This document shows, piece by piece, positions 28,511-36,603 of a DNA stretch of 64,000 nt; position 1 is the stretch's first letter; every line of letters starts with the position of its first letter. This DNA comes from an uncultured bacterium (GTDB lineage: Bacteria; Krumholzibacteriota; Krumholzibacteriia; LZORAL124-64-63): contig CAVSGO010000005.1 in assembly GCA_963727525.1 (NCBI GenBank), positions 672,001 to 736,000 of the forward strand, given 5' to 3'. Position numbers and translations under genes: made by a program. The notes beneath the pieces were generated by a model that did no database searches, had not been told where the DNA came from, and was given only the letters and a program-made list of their open reading frames with translations.

Positions 28511-29875
28511 ATGCGACGAACTACACGCAGTCCAGCGGTCGGAATCACCGCTGCCCTGGCCGTGACGCTGGGACTACTGCTCCCAGCGCTCGCCTCGGCC
28601 ACCATCATTCACGTACCAGGCGATCAGCCGACCATCGCGTCCGCCCTCGCCATTGCGCAGCCCGACGACCAGGTGCTGATCGCGGCAGGCACGTATGACG
28701 AACACGACCTCGAACTCCCGGCCGACGTCCGCCTGGAAGGCGAAACCGGGAATGCCCAGGACGTCGTCATCGACGCCCAGGAGCAGGGGCGCGTCCTCGC
28801 GATATCCTTCGCGAATATCAGCGCCGAGGTGCGCGACATCACCCTCACCGGCGGCGACGCGAATCGCGGCGGCGCCGTCTTCAGTCGTGGCACCCGACTC
28901 ACGCTCCATGGCTGCCGCGTCCAGAACAACCGTGCGCACTACGGTGGCGGAATCTTTGTCGCCGAGGGCGAGTGCGAACTCGACGATTGCCTCATCGTCC
29001 GCAACGAGTCCGACACGTTTGGCGGCGGCCTATACGTCCACGGTGAGGCGGAACTGCTCGCGATCTCGACGCTGATCGCCTCCAACTACGCCGAAACGGG
29101 AGGCGGTGCCTGGTACGTCGCCGACGGCGGTTCCCTTTCGCTGGATCACGGCACTATCGCGGACAACTCCGTGGTGGAGGCCGGCGGCGAGGGAGCGGCC
29201 TTCGCGGCCCTTGGCGTCGTCGTTCAGAATACGGCCGCCGCGATCAACCTGCCGATCTGGACCAGCCTGCCCGCGCAGCCGGATCTGATCGAGCTTCCGC
29301 CGGAGCCCACGGCCGAACGGTGCCTGCTCGTCGACGCGGCGAGCGTGCCGCAGTTCACATGCAGTGTGCGGTATTTCGGTGGTTTCCTGGGGCCGATCGC
29401 CGACCAGGAAGGTGTGAACGGCAACGTCGCCGCCGATCCGCGCTTCTGCCGCCGCGGCTCGCTCGACGAACCGGACCTCCGCTTCGGAGTGGCGGCCGAT
29501 TCGCCGTGCTTGCCCGCGAACTCTGGCGGCTGCGACCTCATCGGCGTCTTCGGACAGAGCTGCGACACGCCACTACCGGTGCCCGACGTGCCGACGGTGG
29601 CGTGCGTGCTGGAAACGCCCGCTCCGAACCCGTTCAATCCGATCACGACGATCCGCTTCGCCGTGCGCGAGTCGGGCCACGCCCGGCTCGACGTGTACGA
29701 CCTCACGGGGCGGCGCGTGGCGACGCTCGTCGACGGCACCGTCGCGGCCGGCGGCCACGAAGCCACCTGGCGCGGCCTCGATGTGAGCGGACGCCGCGTC
29801 GCGAGCGGCGTCTATCTCTGCCGGCTCGTGGCCGGTGGCCTGACGCAGACCCGATCCCTCACCATGGTGAAGTAG
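28511..29875 (+). CDS. Secreted beta-helix repeat protein with C-terminal FlgD-Ig-like domain
   Basis: Signal peptide, IIHVPGDQPTIASA, GGA/GGG repeats, NVAADPRFC, PNPFNP...VYDLTGRRVATL...SGVYLCRL. Confidence 0.85.
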   Translation: MRRTTRSPAVGITAALAVTLGLLLPALASATIIHVPGDQPTIASALAIAQPDDQVLIAAGTYDEHDLELPADVRLEGETGNAQDVVIDAQEQGRVLAISFANISAEVRDITLTGGDANRGGAVFSRGTRLTLHGCRVQNNRAHYGGGIFVAEGECELDDCLIVRNESDTFGGGLYVHGEAELLAISTLIASNYAETGGGAWYVADGGSLSLDHGTIADNSVVEAGGEGAAFAALGVVVQNTAAAINLPIWTSLPAQPDLIELPPEPTAERCLLVDAASVPQFTCSVRYFGGFLGPIADQEGVNGNVAADPRFCRRGSLDEPDLRFGVAADSPCLPANSGGCDLIGVFGQSCDTPLPVPDVPTVACVLETPAPNPFNPITTIRFAVRESGHARLDVYDLTGRRVATLVDGTVAAGGHEATWRGLDVSGRRVASGVYLCRLVAGGLTQTRSLTMVK

Positions 29876-29889
29876 AAAGGAGGAACGCC

Positions 29890-31995
29890 ATGTCTACGCA
29901 GAGAACCAACCTCGTCATGGGGATCGTCGTGGCGGCCCTCATCCTGGTCGGCTTCGCGGGTCCGGTCCGCGCCAATCAGGACGACTACTTGCCGACCATC
30001 CAGATGAACAGTCCGAGCGCGCTGCTCTATCAAGACGAGCCCCGTCCCGTCGCAACGAGTTTTTTCGTCGGCTTCGTGGGGTCCGACCCGGACGGTATCG
30101 CCAGCCAGGCGCCGACGAAATACCGCTATCTCCTCACCCGGGCTGTGTTGCCTGACGGGAACTATGCGATGTCGAAAATCGAGGTTCAGGAAAACGTGGA
30201 GTCGCTGCTCTCGTACGCGGACCCCGCGTGGTCGTCATGGCTCGACTGGCCGGCCGACGAGGCGGACCAGCGCATCGCGATCAACAACCTCCCGAGGTTA
30301 GACGAGCAGGCCAGGCGCATCTTCTACCTCATCGCGCTGCAGGCCATGGACGAGAACGGAGCCGTGAGCGTGGCCCGCACGTACGGCACGAACGTGGGCC
30401 ACTTCTTCGTGGCCGACCTGGCGCCGCGGCTCGCCATTTACGAACCATTGCTGGGCGACTACACCTTCGTGGGCACGCACCTGGTCTTCGACCTCGACAT
30501 CGGCAGCGACACCTACGCCTTCCAGTGGGTCGCGGACGCCAGCTCCTATGGGGCAGAGATCACATCCTATCGCTGGGGCGTGGATATTGCCGACGTCGAC
30601 GATCCCGACGATCCCGGCTGGTCCGGACCGCCGGGGCTCGGCCCCGAGTATCAGCAGACCGGTCCGCTGCCGCTGGTTTCCGGCATACACAACCTGATCA
30701 TCGAGGCCACCGATTCCGCCGGCGGACTGACGCGGGCGCGTTACCTTCTGTCGGTCGTCCCGATCCCGGATCTCCCCGACCAGGATCAGCTCCTGCTCGT
30801 CGACGACGTGCCGGATCACGATAGCAACGCCTGGCAATCCCAGGACGGGTCGATCGCGCTGGACAATGACATCTACCGGGATACGTTCTGGCAGAATGCG
30901 CTGAGCGACGTCCTGGGCTTCGATCCCCAGGGCAACGTCATCGACACGGAGACCGAGCCGATCACCCTGCGCGACCTCGTACGGTATCGCGCCGTGATCT
31001 GGACCAGCAGGTACGCGTCGACAAACGCGGTGGACACGAACTTCCGGCCTGTCACGTCCGAAGTGGACAGGTATACGTGGCTCGCATCGTACCAGAAGAA
31101 CGGTGGGAATCTTCTCTACGCGGCGAGTCGCGGCACGCAGAACTTCCTGTACGATGGTGTCCCCTACGCCCTCCCGACCATCTACGAGTCGCTGGAAGGG
31201 AACCCGTCAGGTGTGGCCGAGGATGGCCCGAACCAGTACCGCGTCGGCTTCGGCCACCGGACATTGCCCGACGGGACGACGCTCCAGGTAGGCGAGACAC
31301 GCTACCCGTACCGGGCGCTCGGCCTGTCGGTGACGGACGTCATGTCACCGATGTCGACCGATATCCTCTACGGCACCGACCCGCTTCTGACCGTGCACCA
31401 GGCGCGCAAGCCGCCGTGTGCAGGAATGAAATCCATCGTCCTCGACGGTGATTTCGCATCGCAGCACATGCCGGGAGGCCTGGCGTTCGCCGACACGATC
31501 GGGACGGAGGCAACGATCGACTGGCGCGATCTCGATCCGGCGTACTACGACGATCTGACGCGTCCCTACACCTGGGGCAACGACGAGTTCTACGAGAACC
31601 CCGGCGATCGCTCCACGCCGTTCACCTACCAGACCTGCGCCGACGGACCCAGTGGTGCGTGCATCGAGCCGATGTTCCGGTCGCAGTCGCGCTTCGACTG
31701 GATCCGGGAACAGCATCTTGCCGCCGATCCGGACGACGACTGGCCCGACGGGTACTACACCGAACAGCAGCTCGATGCCTTGTGCGGCGCCTACGGCCTC
31801 GACGATGGCAATACCTCCGCGCGGACGAACGACCAGACAGTGGGTTTCCTGTCCTACAAGCTGGTCGCCGACAAGCCGAGCGAGATACCCGACGTGATCT
31901 GGGGTTTCGACCCCTACCGCATGGATCACGCCGCGATGGTCGACGCGATCCGCTGGGTGCTGGGCGACCACTTCAACCTCACGCTCAACCGCTGA
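29890..31995 (+). CDS. Large secreted acidic hypothetical protein
   Basis: GGAGG SD before ATG 29890, signal peptide, beta-rich N-half, C-terminal alpha/beta region (LLLVDD..AVIW..GGNLLY..IWGFDP). Confidence 0.8.
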   Translation: MSTQRTNLVMGIVVAALILVGFAGPVRANQDDYLPTIQMNSPSALLYQDEPRPVATSFFVGFVGSDPDGIASQAPTKYRYLLTRAVLPDGNYAMSKIEVQENVESLLSYADPAWSSWLDWPADEADQRIAINNLPRLDEQARRIFYLIALQAMDENGAVSVARTYGTNVGHFFVADLAPRLAIYEPLLGDYTFVGTHLVFDLDIGSDTYAFQWVADASSYGAEITSYRWGVDIADVDDPDDPGWSGPPGLGPEYQQTGPLPLVSGIHNLIIEATDSAGGLTRARYLLSVVPIPDLPDQDQLLLVDDVPDHDSNAWQSQDGSIALDNDIYRDTFWQNALSDVLGFDPQGNVIDTETEPITLRDLVRYRAVIWTSRYASTNAVDTNFRPVTSEVDRYTWLASYQKNGGNLLYAASRGTQNFLYDGVPYALPTIYESLEGNPSGVAEDGPNQYRVGFGHRTLPDGTTLQVGETRYPYRALGLSVTDVMSPMSTDILYGTDPLLTVHQARKPPCAGMKSIVLDGDFASQHMPGGLAFADTIGTEATIDWRDLDPAYYDDLTRPYTWGNDEFYENPGDRSTPFTYQTCADGPSGACIEPMFRSQSRFDWIREQHLAADPDDDWPDGYYTEQQLDALCGAYGLDDGNTSARTNDQTVGFLSYKLVADKPSEIPDVIWGFDPYRMDHAAMVDAIRWVLGDHFNLTLNR

Positions 31996-32009
31996 TCGCC
32001 ACCCACGCG

Positions 32010-32046
32010 CGGGCCCCCGTTTTCGGACGGGGGCCCGTTCCATTCT
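32010..32046 (+). terminator. Intrinsic terminator
   Basis: CGGGCCCCCGT/ACGGGGGCCCG stem with TTCG-containing loop followed by TTCCATTCT, just after the stop. Confidence 0.7.
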
Positions 32047-32133
32047 CGCCCGCGACAACCGCGCCGATATGTCCTAGACTCCCGATCCGTGTTCACCCGT
32101 CGCGCCCCCGCACTCCAGCCCCGAGGCTCCGCC

Positions 32134-33537
32134 ATGCGCCCCATTCCTGTCGTCGCCATTCTCGCCGCGCTCGCCCTGATCGGTCTGATGTCAGCGACCG
32201 GTCATACCGCCGAGGCCCCTGCGCCGGCCCTCGCAGCCGCCGCCTTGATCACCGCGGCCCGGGCCGACTCGTTCGCGCTGCGCGCCCTCGAGGAGCTTTG
32301 CGACGCAGTCGGACCGCGACTGGCCGGGTCGGCGGGCATGCAGCGCGCCATCGCCTGGGCGCAGCGGGCCATGGACGCCGCGGGGTGCGACACGGTGTGG
32401 ACCGAACCGGTGACGGTGCCGCGCTGGGTGCGCGGACAGGAGTGGGCCCGCTTGACGGCCCCGTGCGACGTCGCGCTGGCGATGGCGGGCCTGGGTCTGA
32501 GCGTGGGCACGCCGCCGGAGGGTATCGAGGCCGAGGTGGTCGCCGTGACCGACTTCGACGCACTCGAGGCGCGCGCGGCGGAGATCCCTGGCAAGATCGT
32601 GCTCTTCGATCCGCCCTGGACGAGCTATGGCCCGAACGTGCAGTACCGCGTGCATGGCGCCAGCCGCGCGGCGAAGCACGGTGCGGTGGCCTGCCTCATC
32701 CGTCCCGCCGGGTTCGGCCAGAACACGGCGCACACCGGTGTCATGCGCTACGATGATGACGGGCCGCGCGTCCCGGCCGCGTCGCTCACCGTGGAAGGGG
32801 CCGCGCGTCTGCATCGCCTGTGCGCGGCGGGCGAACATCCGCGTGTGCGACTCATGATGGAGGCCCATCAGCTCGACGACGGCCCCTGCGCCAACACCCT
32901 CGGCGAGCTGCGTGGCACCGAGCGGCCTGACGAGATCGTGCTCGCGGGTGCGCACCTCGACGCCTGGGATACCACGGAAGGCGCGCAGGACGACGGGGGC
33001 GGCTGCGCGATCATGCTGGGCGCGGTGAAGCTGCTGCACGATCTCGGGCTGCGGCCGCGGCGCACGGTGCGCGTGGTGCTCTTCACGAGCGAGGAGTTCG
33101 GTGGGCACGGCGGGCGCGCCTACCGCGACGCTCACCGGCAGGAGCGGCACGTAGCGGCCATCGAGAGCGATGGCGGCTGTTTCGCGCCGTCGGGGTGGTC
33201 GGTGCAGGGATCGGACGCCGTGGTCGCCCATGTGGCGGCACTGGTCGCGCCCCTCGTGGATCTTGGCGCCGCCGACGTGTCCGCCGGCGGCTCGGGCGTG
33301 GACGTGGAGCCGCTGGTCGAGACCGGCGTACCGGGCATAGGCCATCGCACGCACCACGAGGCCTACTTCTCCTACCACCACAGCCCGGCCGACGCTTTCG
33401 GCACCATCGCGCCGGACGATCTCGCCGCCAATGTCGCCGCCGTCGCAGCCCTCGTGCTCGCCCTCGGCGACGACCCGGGCGATCTGCGAGCGCTGGCCGA
33501 CAGCACGGCCACGCCGGCATCGCCGGCGACGCACTGA
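32134..33537 (+). CDS. M28 family metallopeptidase (carboxypeptidase Q-like) with PA domain, exported
   Basis: GPRLAGS, GAHLDAWD, GAQDDGGG, FTSEEFG, IESDGG, YHHSPAD. Confidence 0.92.
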   Translation: MRPIPVVAILAALALIGLMSATGHTAEAPAPALAAAALITAARADSFALRALEELCDAVGPRLAGSAGMQRAIAWAQRAMDAAGCDTVWTEPVTVPRWVRGQEWARLTAPCDVALAMAGLGLSVGTPPEGIEAEVVAVTDFDALEARAAEIPGKIVLFDPPWTSYGPNVQYRVHGASRAAKHGAVACLIRPAGFGQNTAHTGVMRYDDDGPRVPAASLTVEGAARLHRLCAAGEHPRVRLMMEAHQLDDGPCANTLGELRGTERPDEIVLAGAHLDAWDTTEGAQDDGGGCAIMLGAVKLLHDLGLRPRRTVRVVLFTSEEFGGHGGRAYRDAHRQERHVAAIESDGGCFAPSGWSVQGSDAVVAHVAALVAPLVDLGAADVSAGGSGVDVEPLVETGVPGIGHRTHHEAYFSYHHSPADAFGTIAPDDLAANVAAVAALVLALGDDPGDLRALADSTATPASPATH

Positions 33538-33553
33538 GGTCTGCGCAGATATG

Positions 33554-34909
33554 CTAGCCGCGTTCGGCGCGCTCGCGCGATGACGCCTCATCGGTGGGGT
33601 CGTCGCTGCGCACGCGCGCCAGACGCAGCCGGGGCGACCCGGTGATCAGTCGCGCCCCCTTGCTGGCGAAGAGGTAGTTCCAGATCCAGCTCGCCAGCAC
33701 GAAGACCTTGGCACGGAACGTCACCAGCGACACGATGTGCACGGCGCTCCACAGCAGCCAGGCCACGAAACCGTGGAAACGGCGGCCAAAGACCTCGGCC
33801 ACCGCTTGCCGGCGTCCGATCGTGGCCAGGGTGCCGAGATCGCGGTAATGGAAGGGCTGACGGACACGCCGTCCGTCCACCGCATGGGCGATTTCCCGGG
33901 CCACGTGGTCGCCACCCTGGATCGCCACCTGGGCCACTCCAGGCAGCGGCTCGCCCGTCCGCGCGTCGGCGGCAGCGGCGAGATCGCCGATCACGAAGAC
34001 TTCCGGGTGCCCAGGCAGGGAGAGATTGTCCGCGACGGGCACGCGGCCGTGGCGATCCAGGTCCACGCCGAGGTTGCGGGCCAGCGACGAGGCCTGCACT
34101 CCGGCCGCCCAGAACACACTGGCGGCCGCCACGAACGTGTCGCCGACGTGCACGCCGTCCTCGCTGACGCCGGTGACGGGGCTCCCCGTACGCACCTCCA
34201 CGCCGAGTTGCTCGAGACTCGCACCCGCTGCCTGCGACGAAGCCGGCGCCATCGCCGGCAGCACGCGATTGGCGCCCTCGATCAGGATGACCCGTGTGGC
34301 GGTGGTATCGATGTTGCGGAAGTCGCGCGGGATGGTGCGCGCGGCGATCTCCTTGAGTGCCCCGGCCAGTTCCACACCCGTCGGTCCCGCGCCCACGACG
34401 ACGAAGGTGAGCTTGGCGGCCCGCGAGGCTGCGTCAGCTTCCTGCTCGGCCTCCTCGAAGGCCAGCAGCATGCGCCGGCGTATCTCGAGGGCATCGTCGA
34501 TCGTCTTCAGGCCAGGCGCATGCTCGGCCCATTCGGGATGTCCGAAGTATGAGTGGGTGGCGCCGGTGGCGAGCACACAGAAATCGTACGCCGTCTCGCC
34601 CCCCGCGTACCGGACGACGCGCCGCTCGAGATCCACGCCATCGACGGTGTTGAGCACGACGCGGCAATTGTTCTGACGGCTGAGGATCTTGCGGATCGGT
34701 TGCGCGATATCGGCAGGCGACAGCGCCGCCGATGCCACCTGGTAGAGCAGCGGCTGGAAAAGATGGTAATTATGCCGATCGAAGAGCACGACATCGACAG
34801 GCGAGCGAGCGAGCCCGCGCGCCACGTGCAAGCCGCCGAAGCCGCCGCCGACGATCACGACGCGCGGGCGGTGTTGATCGTGCCTGGTCGTGCCTCGATC
34901 GTGCGACAT
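33554..34909 (-). CDS. ndh: Type II NADH dehydrogenase (FAD-dependent oxidoreductase)
   Basis: VIVGGGFGG, HLFQPLLYQVA, VVGAGPTGVELAG, WAAGV, FVIGD, LPGVAQVAIQ. Confidence 0.9.
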   Translation of the reverse strand: MSHDRGTTRHDQHRPRVVIVGGGFGGLHVARGLARSPVDVVLFDRHNYHLFQPLLYQVASAALSPADIAQPIRKILSRQNNCRVVLNTVDGVDLERRVVRYAGGETAYDFCVLATGATHSYFGHPEWAEHAPGLKTIDDALEIRRRMLLAFEEAEQEADAASRAAKLTFVVVGAGPTGVELAGALKEIAARTIPRDFRNIDTTATRVILIEGANRVLPAMAPASSQAAGASLEQLGVEVRTGSPVTGVSEDGVHVGDTFVAAASVFWAAGVQASSLARNLGVDLDRHGRVPVADNLSLPGHPEVFVIGDLAAAADARTGEPLPGVAQVAIQGGDHVAREIAHAVDGRRVRQPFHYRDLGTLATIGRRQAVAEVFGRRFHGFVAWLLWSAVHIVSLVTFRAKVFVLASWIWNYLFASKGARLITGSPRLRLARVRSDDPTDEASSRERAERG

Positions 34910-35055
34910 CGCGTACCCCTCGCATTGAGTCTCAAGCTAGCGAGGCTGCCGGAACCCGCCACGTCGCGCATGGCGGGACGGGCCTCGCGGCCCTAGCGTG
35001 TACGGGCTTTCGCCGCCAGCATTCCCGAGGAGGCCTTGTCACCGTGTCCGCTTTC

Positions 35056-36474
35056 ATGGATCGAATGAAGACCATGGGACGCCGCCCTGCGAAAGGGGAC
35101 GCCAACCCCATCCTCACCGGCAAGGTCACCCCCACGCTGCTGGGATTGAGCATCCCGATGATCATGGCCATGTTCCTGGTGACCGGTTTCGGCCTCGTGG
35201 ACATGATCTACCTGGGACGTTTCAGCAAGGAAGCGATGGCGGCGATCAGCCTCGCGTTCCCCATCACCTACCTGTTGCAGACGATTGGCGGCGCGCTCAG
35301 CACCGCGGCCACGTCCACATGCTCGCGGTTGATCGGCGCCGGCGATCCGCGTCGCGTGCGGAATCTCGTGTGGCACGTGCTCCTCGTGTCGACGGGGCTG
35401 TCCATCGCGCTCGTGCCCCTGGGAATCTTCTTGCTCAAACCCGCGCTCTCGGCCACGGAAGCCTCGCCGGTGGTGGCGAGCCTGGCGCGACAGTACGGCG
35501 TGATCTTCTTTGCCGGTGGCATCTTCAGCATGGTGGCCATGAGCGTGAACGCCATGTTTCGCGGCGAGGGCGACACGATCTTTCCCTTCAAGATCATGGC
35601 CCTGGGCCTGGGGCTGAACATCATCCTCGACCCGCTCTTCATCTTCGGCCTGGGCCCGCTGCCACGGCTCGGCGTGAAGGGCGCGGCGGTGACCACCGTG
35701 GTGAGCTTCGCGGTGGCGGCGGTCGTGGCGCTGCTCGAGTTGCGCAACCGCGACCGGACGGTGCACTTCGACCGTACGGCGTGGCGTTTCGACTCTTCGC
35801 TGCTGCGGGACATGGGCAGCGTCGGCGGCCCCGCGGTCGTCGCCAACCTCGCGTTGCCGGTGTCCGTGTACCTCATCAACCACATGATCGCCCCTTTCGG
35901 GACCGCCGCGCTGGCGGCCTACGGGGCCGGTCTGCGGCTGCTGAGCTTCGTGTTCCTGCCCACGCTCGGCATCTCCCTGAGCATGATGATCATGGTGGGC
36001 CAGAACCATGGCGCGGGCGAGCGCCAGCGCGTGCGCAAGATCACGCTGTCAACGCTCGGGTTCTGCCTGACGCTCCTGGCCGTCCTGGCGCTGCCCGTGA
36101 TCATCTGGCCCCGCTGGGCCCTGGGCCTGTTCACGGACGACCCCGAGGTCATCGCAGTCGGGGCACCCCTGGCCCGCTGGGCCACGCTGGCGCGTCCCAT
36201 GCTCAGCGTCGTGAACATCACGGCTTTCTGGTTCCAGGCCCGCGGTCAGGGTCTGGCCGGAATGATCCCCAACACGCTCATGCGGGTCATCCTCGAGCCG
36301 CTCGGCGTGTGGTTCGGGCTGGGCCTGGGCATCGGCGCCAGTGGACTGCTCGGCGGCTGGTACGGCATGGCCGTGGGCGATGCGCTCGGCGGTCTGATCT
36401 GCCTGATCATCCTGCTCTGGCGCCTGCGCGTGTACGTGCGCTCGGCGCCGGAACCGACCTTCCGGCCCGCGTAG
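35056..36474 (+). CDS. MATE family efflux transporter
   Basis: LSIPM, VDMIYLGR, FRGEGDT, LNIILDPLFIFG, LGVKGAA, VGQNHGAG; ~12 TM helices. Confidence 0.93.
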   Translation: MDRMKTMGRRPAKGDANPILTGKVTPTLLGLSIPMIMAMFLVTGFGLVDMIYLGRFSKEAMAAISLAFPITYLLQTIGGALSTAATSTCSRLIGAGDPRRVRNLVWHVLLVSTGLSIALVPLGIFLLKPALSATEASPVVASLARQYGVIFFAGGIFSMVAMSVNAMFRGEGDTIFPFKIMALGLGLNIILDPLFIFGLGPLPRLGVKGAAVTTVVSFAVAAVVALLELRNRDRTVHFDRTAWRFDSSLLRDMGSVGGPAVVANLALPVSVYLINHMIAPFGTAALAAYGAGLRLLSFVFLPTLGISLSMMIMVGQNHGAGERQRVRKITLSTLGFCLTLLAVLALPVIIWPRWALGLFTDDPEVIAVGAPLARWATLARPMLSVVNITAFWFQARGQGLAGMIPNTLMRVILEPLGVWFGLGLGIGASGLLGGWYGMAVGDALGGLICLIILLWRLRVYVRSAPEPTFRPA

Positions 36475-36603
36475 TCCCCGTCCCGGCACGAATCTCGCTT
36501 TCGCTCCTGCGACACCCGGGCCCCGCCCTTGCGGCGGTGGCTCCATCTCGCCCGGTACCAGACACTTGCGTGTGTTGGTCGGCCATGACAGGAGGACGGA
36601 TCC

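Noticed and set aside
29320-29889. N-terminal extension of the 891-aa ORF
   Set aside because: It overlaps the upstream gene; the SD and signal peptide place the start at 29890.
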